DNA of 59,640 nt, counting the filler, from Basidiobolus ranarum (taxonomy: Eukaryota), in assembly GCA_040143965.1 (NCBI GenBank). It is 12 parts of 12 records of this genome, joined end to end, with 100 filler letters (N's around TTAATTAATTAA, not from the genome) between each part and the next. Parts side by side here need not be neighbours in the genome. Positions count along the whole stretch, not along the records: positions 1 to 4,892 come from JASJQH010008668.1; positions 4,993 to 9,881 come from JASJQH010008669.1; positions 9,982 to 14,869 come from JASJQH010008670.1; 9 more parts are not named here. One strand, given 5' to 3'. Every line of letters starts with the position of its first letter. Position 1 is the first letter of the stretch. The position numbers and the translations under genes are program-made. A model generated the notes under the pieces. It was not told the DNA's origin and did no database searches. It saw only the letters and a list, made by a program, of their open reading frames with translations. Shown one piece after another: positions 1 to 10,849 of this stretch.

Positions 1-1588
1 TAACTAAAGTTAACTATGATGTTGAATAAAGATTAATTATCCAACAGATACACATATTTCTGAGTTATTGAACACAAACTAAGGCCTACAGCCTCTATAA
101 TCCTAAAATTTTCAAGTTAGTCAAGGCCAGGGATGTTTTGTTTGGTGAAGATGAAAATATTTCACCCAAAATTACCCCAGATGATGACAAAAAGCAATTT
201 ACAACTGGTTCAATTATTCCAATTGATTCAAACTAAAACAATGAAGAAACTAACATACCTGTAGACCCTTCAACCAAAGTTTTGCTTACTGAAGTGCCCA
301 ATACAATGCCAGAGATTGCAATAACTATATCCCAAACCAGGAGATCAAATTAGATTAGAAATGGCCCTGATTACTATATCAGTGAGTTCCATACTTAGGC
401 CTTTGCCTGCCAAGCCCAAACACATGACCCACAGACTGTAAAAGAGGCCCTGAATGGCCCTACACAAAATGTTGGAGATCAGCAATGGCTGATGAGTATA
501 AGGCTTTGATTGATAATGAAACTTGGATTTAACCAACTTACCTGATGATAGAAAATCAATTCACTGTCAATGAGTATTTAAAGTTAATCACAACACTGAT
601 TTCAATATAGAAAAGTACAAAGCTAGACTTGAAGCAAAAGGCTATTCCCAAGCACCAGGAATAGATTATACAGAGACTTTTGCTCTGGTAGCAAAGCTCA
701 ATTCTGTTAGATAGTTTTTAGCAATTTTGGCTCAATATCAGTATTATGTATCAAATGGATGTTAAAGCTGCTTTTTTAAATGGCATACTTGCTGAGGAGT
801 TCTATAGGGATCAGCCAGCTGGATGTGTGGACCCAGAAAATTCTAAAAATCACAAATGTCTCAAATCAGACATTTTTGTATTCATATGAAAGTCAGAAAT
901 TTCCTTATCATTCCATGGTTGGCAGTTTGATGTACATCATGATTTGAATACAGCCAGATGTTGCAAATTCTGTGCAAGTTATGTGCCAATATCTTCAAAG
1001 TCATGGATTTGATCAAATCATAGCCAATGAGTGGATTTTCAGTTATTTGAAAGGTACTGTGGATTGGTGCTTAAAATACACATATTCTGGATCAGACTCT
1101 GAGCTGATGGGATATTCAGATGCAAATTGGGGGAGAGGTATTGAAGACAGAAGATCTACAACAGGATAAAAATTTCTTTGCTCTAACGGAGCTATTTCTT
1201 GGAAATCAAAGAAACAACCTACCTTAGCACTTTCAACAGCAGAAGCAGATCACATGGCTGCCTGTGAGGCAAGAAAACAAGCAATATAGCTAAGAAAACT
1301 CTTGGTAGATTTAGGTTATTCTGAAAATTAACAAACTGCAATATTTCAAGATATTCAAAGTTGTATCAAATTAGGTAACAATCCCATATTTCATAACAGA
1401 AGCAACCTTATAGATAGTAGACATCACTTTGCAAGAGAGACTATAGAGAACAAGTTTCATGACTTAACTTATTGTTCTACTGAAGACATGATTGCTGATA
1501 TATTAACCAAACTACTAGCTAGACAGAAATTTGAGAAATTTGGACCCTTATTAGAATTAGTTTATATGACTATTTGATGGATGGAGAG
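1..1588 (+). mobile_element. Degenerate Ty1/Copia pol 3' part (integrase C-terminus, RT, RNase H) ending at a polypurine tract
   Basis: Broken-frame motifs KYKARL.AKGYSQ.PGIDY.ETFA, QMDVKAAFLNG, GYSDANWG..EDRRSTTG, LSTAEA, IDSRHHF.RE and MIADILTK. Purine tract GATGGAGAG lies directly before TGTTG at 1589. Many stops and frameshifts. Confidence 0.93.
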
Positions 1589-1779
1589 TGTTGACATTAG
1601 CATTGCCTAAACACCTATATAGTCATATACAGCTTGGTCCTTTGTAATCATTTAGTTCTCCAAGATATTATTCATAATTATCAATTGGAATTTACATGGA
1701 ATATATTTAAAAACTTAGAAATTCTCAGATATATATATTTTTCAAACTTGAGCTAGAAACCTTAAACTTTGCACACATG

Positions 1780-2061
1780 TGTTGAAAGTCTGGTGACTTG
1801 TGGTACAAGCAGTAATTCCCAAAGAGGAAAATATGGAGTATGGTGACTGCATCTGAACACAAAGTCTAAGGCCAATCAGTTGCTTGTATAGCTGAAATGC
1901 CAAAGTACCATACATTGACAGACTAGGTTAAGGTTCCCTAGCAATATAGACATAGCATACAAGGACTGTTAGCTCCGTGGTTAGAGCACCTTGCTGGAGT
2001 GAAGGAGGCCCCAAGTTCAAATCCTGGCCAGACCAATATTTCTCCCTAAATAATTTCAACA
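1780..2061 (+). mobile_element. Solo LTR-like element (282 bp) containing a tRNA-like sequence (family T)
   Basis: Terminal inverted repeats TGTTGAAA...TTTCAACA; flanks ACATG/ACATA (5-bp target-site duplication, 1 mismatch). Homologous copies at 10456-10649 (-) and 54569-54676 (+). Confidence 0.85.
1963..2035 (+). ncRNA. tRNA-like 73-nt cloverleaf inside family T LTR (pseudo-tRNA; GGA at the anticodon position in this copy)
   Basis: GGACTGT TA GCTC CGTGGTTA GAGC A CCTTG CTGGAGT GAAGG AGGCC CCAAG TTCAAAT CCTGG CCAGACC A: D-stem GCTC/GAGC, T-loop TTCAAAT, imperfect acceptor and anticodon stems. Confidence 0.75.
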
Positions 2062-2159
2062 ACATATTCCTGGGACCTCTCTTAGCACATTCTACACATT
2101 TGTGTATATATACTTGAGTTCTCTTTCTCAAATTATAATCTGAAGCCCCAACTACATTC

Positions 2160-4420
2160 AAGTACTATAGAGCACTGGTGAAAAAATATTCAATACAAAA
2201 CAGGGCGGCATTAAGGAGTGATAATGGTGCCTAGTATTGCCCCAGAGACTTTGCCAGTATTGTTATCAACATAGAATTGAGGAAGAAACTACTGTACCTT
2301 GCACTCCACAGCAAGTTGGAGTTGCAGAGCATGCTAATAGGACCATTTTGGAGATTAAAAGATCAATGTTACATGATCAAAACTTGTATAACCAATATTG
2401 GGCTGAATCCATCTCCACTGAAGTCTATATCAAAGACAGATACCCAACAAAATTGCTACAAATTTCTACTCCACTTGAAGCCCTATATGGATCAAAGCCA
2501 AGTGTGGATCATCTCAGGATCTTTGGTTGCACAGCATATTGCCTAATTCCAGTTCAAAAATAATCTTAATTGGACCCAAAAGCAGACAATGCATATTTCT
2601 TGGTTACTATGATGGATCTAATGCCTACATACAGTTTGATATCAAAATCAGAAGTTCATCAAGTGCAGAGATATAACTTTTGATCTGAAAGCATATTTTT
2701 CATCTCAGATCACATTTCCTGATCCAGAAAACACAATCAGCACAATTCAGGAAGTGTCTGCCAAAACTCCAGCTGTATCTGAGCCTAATTCAATCAAAAT
2801 TTCAGCCCCTATTTCATAAGAGGATGATTTAGGACCTAGAAAATCTTTGAAAAGGAGTTATGAGCCAGGGAACTAGTGGAATACTTCCAACAATGATGCC
2901 TATGGTTAAGCAGACTTTTGCAGCAAGCCACAGACTCTAGATCAAGCTCTGGAGTATCCAGCATTAAGATTATGGGAACAAACAATGTCCGATGGGCTTT
3001 CTTCATTTCAGGAAAATAATGTGGGTTTCAGTCTCTTTTATCAGGAAGAGAGCAAACAGGTTGCAAATGGATATACATGGTCAAAAACTAAGCTGATGAA
3101 ACCATAGAAAAGTATAAAGGAAGAGTAGTTGCAATAGGTGATTTCCAGACTCCATGTGTTGTTTAAATAAACTTTTGCTCCAGTAGCTAAGTTTGGCCCC
3201 ATTGGATCAAATATGGCACAGGCAGTCATCCAAAACCTTGATTTACATCAAATGGCTGTGAAGACAGCCTTTATCAATGGAAATCTAAAAGAAGAGATCT
3301 AGATAGAACAACCGGATGAACTTGTTGCCCCAGAGCATGCTGAAATGGTCTGTAAACTTCAACAATTGCTATATGGCCTCAAGAAAGAACCTAGGGCATG
3401 GTACAGCCAGGTAGATATTGATTTGGAGTCACCAGAATTCCAAAAATGCAGAGCAGATTACAATATATACAGCAAAGCAACTGGAAATAGGATCTTTATC
3501 TTTGTACTATATGTAGCTGATTTGATCATAACCAAAAATGATCTGGAAGGACTTAATCAGACCAAAAACAGCTTATCAAACCAATTTCAGATGACTCATA
3601 TGGGTGAGTTTAGTTATTTCCTTGGAATCCCAATGAACAGAGAAAAACTCAATTGGAAAAACATGTTGAATTAGTCAAGATATATTCTGGAAAACCTGAA
3701 CTGCTTCAGTATGAGAAATAGCAAGCCTGTATCAACATCAATAGATCCCAATGTAAAATTAATCAAACTGATCAGTCCATGTTGGGTGGTTTAATGTACA
3801 TGGTAGTTGATACTTGTCCAGACACTGCTGTGGCAGTGGTAAGTGTTAGCCAATATCTTGAAAATCCAGGATCCAAGTGCAAAACTCTAGTAAACAAATA
3901 TTCAGATATTTGAGAGGAATTGTAGATTTGGTTCTGAAATACTTTGGCACTCTTGATGCACAACATTATGAAGGCTATAGTGATGCAGACAAACTGGGGA
4001 AGAAACCCTGATGCTGGAAGCAACAACTGGATACACTTTTCTCTATGGTAATGGAACCACAACTTGTAATATTACTAAGAAACCAAACATAGTATTTTCC
4101 ACTAGAGAAGCAGAGTATATTGCTGCCTCTACTACTACACCAAAAGCTATGTGTTTATGGAAGGTATTTTCTTTATTACAATACATGCACAATTATGCTA
4201 TTAATATACTTGCAGATCATCAAAGTTGTTTTTCAAAAGCTAAAAACCCTACATTTCTTGCTAGAACAAAACTTGTAGATATTAGGCAGCATTTTGTTAG
4301 AGAAACATTAGTCAATCATAAAATTGAACTTGTCTATTGCCCCACTGAAGAAATGCTTGCCAATATCTTAACTAAACCTTTAATAAAGTGCTTAGTGGAT
4401 GGATCTATGCCTTAAGATAA
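2160..4420 (+). mobile_element. Degenerate Ty1/Copia pol (integrase, RT, RNase H)
   Basis: ORF fragments TVPCTPQQVGVAEHANRT, HLRIFGCTAY, CKLQQLLYGLKKEPRAW, LYVADLII, STREAEYIAA and VDIRQHFVRE...MLANILTKPL, in INT-RT-RH order. Confidence 0.93.
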
Positions 4421-4892
4421 TTTGATACTGAAAATGAGAAGTTAATCAAGTGCAGATATGTGATTTTTGACAAAAAATCAAAATTTTCATCTCAGATCAC
4501 AGTCCTTGAACCAGAAAACACAAGCAGCACTATTCAGGATTTGTCTAACTAGATTCAAGCTGTATCTGAGCCCAATTCAACCAAAATTCCAGCCCCAATT
4601 ACATAAGAAGATAATCCAAGACCTAGCAGATCTTGCAGAGGAAGGACTATGCCAGGAAACTGGTGGAACACTTGCAATGATGATGACTATGCTTATGCTG
4701 CATTCTATGGCTAGCCACAGACTCTAGATCAAGCTCTGGCATATACAGAATCAAGATTATGGGAAAAAGCAATGTCTCACAAGTTTTGTTCACTATGGGA
4801 CAATTAAACATGAGTTTTAGGACCTTTGTAATTGCAAAGAAAGCCAATTGGTTGCAAATGGAGCTGCAAAGTAAAGACTAAGCTGAGGGACC
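4421..4892 (+). mobile_element. Second Copia fragment (integrase C-terminus, spacer, RT start), paralogous to ~2640-3100
   Basis: Visible nucleotide similarity to 2640-3100 (CATCTCAGATCAC, CCAGAAAACACAA, GCCACAGACTCTAGATCAAGCTCTGG); RT-start motif KPIGCKW. Confidence 0.8.
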
Positions 4893-4992
4893 NNNNNNNN
4901 NNNNNNNNNNNNNNNNNNNNNNNNNNNNNNNNNNNNTTAATTAATTAANNNNNNNNNNNNNNNNNNNNNNNNNNNNNNNNNNNNNNNNNNNN
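4893..4992. other. Artificial contig spacer (N run with TTAATTAATTAA, stops in all frames); first of 11
   Basis: Identical 100-bp spacers at 4893-4992, 9882-9981, 14870-14969, 19857-19956, 24839-24938, 29820-29919, 34798-34897, 39772-39871, 44744-44843, 49712-49811 and 54677-54776. Segment lengths fall monotonically from 4892 to 4864. Confidence 0.98.
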
Positions 4993-5508
4993 TTACAAGA
5001 TATTTCTGGGAATGGATGGCAATTTTGATTTATTATAAGCTGTTCCTAAGCAATTTCACTACACCAAGTTTACCTTCTGAAAATTTCAATGCCATTCAAA
5101 AAGTGTTCAAAATCAAAATTGGCTTCCAAGCAAAAGCCTGCTGGCACAAAAGGAAAAAAACCAGCAAGAACAGAGGACTTCATTGATTTGCAGTCTAGCA
5201 ATCCACTATCCACTTAGGAAGGCATTAACATGCTGGAAACTAACTCAAGTAATGATGAAGCATTGATCAATTTAACAGAGATGTTCCTCTCCAGCAATAG
5301 TACAAGTGCAGAGATTGTAATCTCCCAATTATATAGTAAATCAATAGTTGAGCAAAGTCCAACAGAAACACTGTCAAGACCACCAACTTCCAAAATGGCT
5401 ACTTTGCCTACTATTGAACAACCTTCCATTGAAAATTTGGATAGAATTATTACAACAAGGGAATCACATACAGAACACCATGTTTATTTTTATGTGATCA
5501 TAAGTAAG

Positions 5509-6038
5509 TGTCATGATTCTGATCTTGCCATACTGATCCACTACAAATAGAACTTCTCTATTATTAGATTATGACATCATATCTGCTGTGCCATCCCTTC
5601 TTGGCAATCTGGTGTCAGCTCATCCAGATTACCTTATATGGAAATCATGTTCTTTGGAACATTCCATGAAACCTAACCAACCATGTACTCCCACACATAG
5701 TGTATTTCCACCAACACCTTCCATGGAAGGTCATCTGATCATCCTTACATCATCCCTCTTTGTATTGGTCCTTGTAGTCCCCAACACCCCAACTCTCAAA
5801 CTTGCCACAGTATATTCCCTATTCAGTATATTATGTTTCACCTTGCAATATCTATATAAGCCCCATGTATTCCTTGATCAGACCTCAGTCTGATCAATGC
5901 CAGTTATCAATAAAGATTCTTGCCAAAGTATCTTCCTTGTCCAGTCTTGTCTTGTCTTGTGGTCTACACCCAAGTACTCTCCTGTCTTCTAGCCTCTTGT
6001 TGGTGTTTCCAGTCCTTGTCCAGGTCCTTATTGTGACA
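5509..6038 (-). repeat. Solo LTR (family B, 530 bp, TGTCA..TGACA, probably Ty3/Gypsy type)
   Basis: TGTCA...TGACA ends with flanks GTAAG/GTAAC. The empty site is visible in the paralog at ~54050-54075 (GATCACAAGTAAAAACTAC). Strand inferred from TATA and AATAAA order. Confidence 0.88.
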
Positions 6039-6697
6039 GTAACAACTACAAAGTTGCTATTCAGGCCATGACAAGCACTAATGCCACAATATTGCAATTA
6101 ATTCAGTGTGTGGAAGCAACTAGTCAACAATTATGGAGTCACTCAACAATGATACAAGACCTTCACAATGCTGTACTTGAGTTACAGCAACATGCTGCAC
6201 CCTCTGTCCATTCTCATATGCAATTTCAATTGATCCCACACCATACATATGAATGTCTCAGTGACAATTTAGCAGAGCAGGATATGTGTTTGACCATTCA
6301 GCCTACACAACAACCAAAAATTGCTTGGGCACATGAAAGTAGAAATCTCATATAAACCAGCCAACCAAAAGACTCTGAATATCAGAGCTGATATCACCTG
6401 CTTCAATCATGAGTGGTTAACATTTTGGAAACTGTGTGGAATCTTGCCCAAAATCACCTTGATTTGAGCCAATCTTGAAAAACCAAAAACTGGGTGTTAC
6501 TCTCAAGGTTTTTGGCTTATTTCATGTGGCTTATTCTGGGTTTTTTGCAAGCAAATGGCAATTGGGCTAGTATATGCCTATTCATGAGATATCTCAAAAA
6601 TGTACACAATTATCAACTTGGAAAAGAAAGAAAAGCACCTAAAGAAGTACTCAAGGAGCAGGTAGTTAATAAACCCAAGGGAAAGCAAAGGAGCCAG

Positions 6698-7232
6698 TAT
6701 CACAATAAAGAACTGGACAACAACTGGAAAGAACATCAAGAGGCTAGAAGGCAGGAGAGTACTTGGGTGTAGACTGCAAGACCAGACAATACAAGACTGG
6801 ACAGGGAAGATACTTTGGCAAGAACCTTCATTCATAACTGGCATTGATCAGACTGGGGTCTGACCAAGGAATACATGGAGCTTATATAAATATTGGACAG
6901 TTAAACAGCATATGCTGAATAGGGAATATACTGTGGCAAGTTCAAGTGTTGGGATGTTGAGGAATACAAGGACCAATACAAAGAGGGATGATGTAAGGAT
7001 GATTGGATGACCTTCCATGGAAGGTGTTGGTGGAAATACACTATGTGTGGGATGACATGAATGGTTAGGTTTTATGGAATGTCGCAAAGAACATGACTTC
7101 CATAAAAGGTAACCTGGATGAAGTATCACACAACTACCAAGAAAAGATGGCACAGCAGATATGATGTCATAATCTAATAGTAGAAGAGTTCTGTTTGCAG
7201 TTGATGGGTATGCCAATATCAGTTTCATGACA
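6698..7232 (+). repeat. Solo LTR family B (opposite orientation to 5509-6038)
   Basis: Reverse-complement match to 5509-6038 over its length. The host repeat is uninterrupted at 10200-10235. Confidence 0.88.
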
Positions 7233-8139
7233 GCTCTACTGTCCCACTTACCAAATTCTTTGCACCATCAACAATTTCCATAGTCAGATACACTGGCAAA
7301 AAAGCTTAATTTCACCATGGAACCAGATACACCAGTTGGAGAAGTGCTAAATTTGGAAGTTTATCCAATACCTGGCACCTCTAAAAAGCCAAAACACCAG
7401 CAAATTGAACTCATGGCACTCCAACCGCAACTGTTACTTTTTAAAAGGTTGAAATTAGTCCCAAACTTAAAGGCAAGCAAAAAGCCACACAAACACCACA
7501 AAGCATCCTCAGTAGGGTCACACTACAAGGACACATAAAAATAGTACAAGTGCTTGAGGTGTATTTTCAAAAGTATGAAGGGAAAAGTGCAGTGAAAGTA
7601 TGTGAAAAGTGGCTTCAGAAGAAAAACATTCAACTTGACATTCAGTCTGGTGTTGACCATGCATATATTTGGGAAGAACTTAATAAAGAATGGCAAAATA
7701 TAACAGGGTATCTGCCAGATAGCTGGAAGAATGTTGATTCAGCAATGTTAATACAATGGTGGGCTTTGATGGAGATATTGATACAAACTTGTGCTGGATA
7801 TGAGCTAAACCTTGGGTATGAAGAACCCTATAACAATATTCAGGAGAATATTTCAAAGAAACTAGGTATTTCAAAGATGACAAATTAGTGTTCATATAGC
7901 AAATGTGTAAAATATGAGTTACATTTTTTGGACATGTTTTGATCCATAGTTCTCTGAGATTGTAGCTAATCATGTGCAACTATTTTGCAAGAACTCAAAA
8001 TTTCACTGCAGAAACTGAAAAAAATGATTAAAATCAAATCTAACTTGACAATTTCATGACAATAAGTAAACAGTCAATCCAAAATGGATTAATTTTGTGA
8101 TGGTTTTCCTACTATAATATTCCTCAAATTTCTGTTAGG

Positions 8140-9527
8140 AAGAATGGAACTGAATTTAGCAGTGAAGCCATGACTAGCTTTTGTAAAGAAAAGGGAATTT
8201 GGCAGTAATTTACTATTTCATATAGTGCAGAACAAAATGCAGTTGCAGAAAAGATGAATAGGACTTTAGTAGAGAAAGAATGTACAATGCTCATTGATTC
8301 AGATCTGCCTAAGACCTATTGGGTGAAGCTATTATAACAGCTACATATCTCCAAAAGAGATGTCCAACACAGAGCAAACATGACTCTAAATATCCTATTG
8401 AAATATTGACTGGAAGCAAACCTAATCTGAATCATCTCATAACATTTGGATCATTAGTATATGATATTCCTAAACCTCAGCATAGGAAATTAGACAAAAA
8501 GGAAATTAAATGTGTCCTATTAGGATATCAGAACAAAGGCTATTATCTTCTAATTACTGGCACAAATCAAATGATTTACTCCAGAGGTACTATATTCATT
8601 GAAGAAAATCTCAAAACTTGTAATCCAGGGAATTTGATTTAGCTGAAAATCAAGTTCTCAATAACTCAAATTCTGAGTTAACAAGTTCTGAAATCAATCT
8701 TGAGCTAATGAGCACTGAAACCAACTTGGGAAATGATACATTGGAAATATATACTGGAATTAGGCCAAATTTGGAATCTGAAACTATCTATCAACATTAT
8801 CCAAATTTTGAAAATATCACATTGGAGACAAGGTCTAAAATATCAGCCACCAATAAATATATGGCAAAGCTCAAATCATTACCAATCTTTGTGATGAATA
8901 TTCCTAGCAGAAAACCAACAAGCAACAATCCTGTCTCAAACTTAACTAGGAGTACTGAAACCATAGAGAACAAACTAATATAGAATATACCTGAATCAAG
9001 CTGCTATACAAGTAGTGACACATTAGGCAACACTGGAAATGCACCAATTTATACCAGAAAACCTGATAGCTGCTCTGTTGTTACTGATAATTTTGAACAA
9101 GCTTCTGGAAATCAGCATTTTATCTCTGCCAATGGAAAATATAGTAAGCCAAAACAGGATACTTTCCAGTCAATCAGGGATCAGGAAATAGGGCTTAGAA
9201 ACAAGGCAATAATTTTTTGACCAATTTTGTACCTTGGAAATATCTAACTCTCAATTTGGCTGATATTGGATGCAATCAATTATAGGAAGTATGCAAGCAA
9301 TCATAACAAGTATTCAATCAATCACAAAACTCAGGCAATCAGGTTCCAGATATCCTACCAATTGGAATTCAGAAACATCCTGTTAGCAAGACATCTGAGC
9401 ATTCTACCAAGGACTTTGGATGTCTCAAATCAGAGCATGAAATCACCAGATCATTTCAGAAAAAGGGTGGAATATATCTTAACATATAGCATTTCTGAAC
9501 CTAAAAATTTGACACAAGCTCTGAAAT
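8140..9527 (+). mobile_element. Degenerate Copia integrase core/C-terminus and INT-RT spacer
   Basis: NGTEFSS, EQNAVAEKMNRTLVEK, WGEAI.TATYL, KPNLNHL.TFGS, RKLDKK..KCVLLGY and EPKNLTQAL. Confidence 0.85.
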
Positions 9528-9881
9528 TATCATGATTCTGATCTTGGCATACTGATCCACTGCTAATAGAACTCTTTTATTATTAGTTTATGACATCATA
9601 TCTGCTGTGCCATCCCTTCTTGGCAATCTGGTGTTAGTTCATCCAGATTACCTTATATGGAAGTCATGTTCTTTGGAATATTCCATGAAACCTAACCCAT
9701 CATGTCCTCCGACACATAGTGTATTTCCACCAACACCTTCCATGGAAGGTCACCTGATCAACCTAACATTATGCCTCTTTGTATTGGTCCTTGTAGTCCC
9801 TAACACCCCAACTCTCAAACTTGCCACACTATATTCCCTATTCAGTATATTATGCTTCACCTTGCAATTTCTATATAAGCC
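9528..9881 (-). repeat. LTR family B, partial at contig end
   Basis: Near-identical to 5509-5862. Confidence 0.9.
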
Positions 9882-9981
9882 NNNNNNNNNNNNNNNNNNN
9901 NNNNNNNNNNNNNNNNNNNNNNNNNTTAATTAATTAANNNNNNNNNNNNNNNNNNNNNNNNNNNNNNNNNNNNNNNNNNNN

Positions 9982-10455
9982 TGAGCCAATAATGGAAAAC
10001 CAAAAACCAGGCATTATTCTGAAGGTTGTTGACTTATTTCATGTGATTTATCCTGGGTTATTGCTAGCAAATGATAATTGGGCTAGTATGGGCCTATTCA
10101 AGAAACATCTCAAACATGTACACAATTATCAACTTAGAAAAGAAAGAAAAGCAGCTCAAGAAGTACTGAGGGAGTAGGAAGTTAGTACACTCAAGGGAAA
10201 AGCAAAGGAGCCAGTGAGCTTAGGCTCTACTGTCCCACTTATCAAATTCTTCACACCATCACAAAGATTGGCATTTCCAGAGTCAGATATACTGGCAAAA
10301 AGGCTTAATTTCACCATGGAACTGGGCACACCAGCTGGAAGAGTGCTAAATTTGAAAGTTTTTTCAACACGTGGCACCTCTCAACAAGGCAAAACACCAG
10401 CAAATAAAACTCATGGCTCTCCAACCTCAACTGGTACTTTTCAAAGTGTTGAAAT
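9982..10455 (+). repeat. Family X internal fragment
   Basis: Collinear with 6465-6697 plus 7233-7455, without the LTR insertion. Confidence 0.8.
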
Positions 10456-10649
10456 TGTTGAAATCATTTAGGGAGAAACATTAGTCTGGCCAGGATTTGA
10501 ACCTGGGACCTCCTTCACTCTAGCAAGGTGCTCTAACCACTGAGCTACCAGTCCTTGTATGCTATGCCTAAATTGCTAGGGAACCTTAACCTAGTATGTC
10601 AATGTATGGTACTTTGGCATTTCAGCTATACAAGCAACTGATTGGACTT
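10456..10649 (-). mobile_element. Family T (tRNA-containing) LTR, 3' two thirds
   Basis: Reverse complement matches ~1868-2061, including the terminal TTTCAACA. Confidence 0.88.
10482..10554 (-). ncRNA. tRNA-like 73-nt cloverleaf inside family T LTR (AGA at the anticodon position in this copy)
   Basis: GGACTGG TA GCTC AGTGGTTA GAGC A CCTTG CTAGAGT GAAGG AGGTC CCAGG TTCAAAT CCTGG CCAGACT A: perfect D and T stems, A box TAGCTCAGTGG, B box GGTTCAAATCC. Confidence 0.8.
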
Positions 10650-10849
10650 GATCCATAGTTCTCTGTTATTGTACCCAATCATGCGCAACTATTATGTGAG
10701 ATCTTAATATTTCACTCCTGAAACTGAAATAATTGATTAAAATCAAATCAAACTTGACAATTTTATGATAGTAAGTAAACAGTCAATCCCAAATGGATTA
10801 AAATTGTGATGGTTTTACAACAATAACAAACCTCAAATTTCTGCTAGGG
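10650..10849 (+). repeat. Family X terminal segment ending TAGGG
   Basis: Matches ~7940-8139 and ~29530-29732. Confidence 0.8.

Larger units (their letters stand above)
1589..2125 (+). repeat. Copia 3' LTR (family A), interrupted by a nested element at 1780-2061 and 3'-truncated
   Basis: Starts TGTTGACATTAGCATTGCCTAAACACCTATATAGTCATATA, matching the reverse complement of the LTR at 25953-26300. Homology resumes after 2062 (TTCCTGGGAC...CATTCTACA). Confidence 0.8.
4993..8139 (+). mobile_element. Family X repeat: probable arm and terminus of a CACTA/EnSpm-like element, interrupted by two solo LTRs
   Basis: 4993-6545 is collinear with 53570-54568. 6470-7455 is collinear with 9982-10455. The segment from ~7940 to 8139 recurs at 10650-10849 and ~29530-29732, each ending sharply at CAAATTTCT(G/A)(T/C)TAGG(G). 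Confidence 0.6.

Noticed and set aside
1963-2035. Functional tRNA-Ser or a classical tRNA-SINE
   Set aside because: No long variable arm, mismatched stems and different anticodons between copies. It lies near the 3' end of a TG..CA element with no poly-A or simple-repeat tail, unlike a SINE head.
5588-5893. Recurrent ~100-aa ORFs (MPSLLGNLV..., also 6848-7228 and 9607-9933) as a gene family
   Set aside because: They lie wholly inside LTR family B copies, so their recurrence reflects the repeat. No protein motif is recognisable.
5509-7232. Two inverted ~530-bp repeats flanking ~660 bp, resembling a composite or TIR transposon
   Set aside because: The host repeat is seen uninterrupted at both sites elsewhere (~54060 and ~10215), and the left copy has its own TSD. 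These are two independent solo-LTR insertions.
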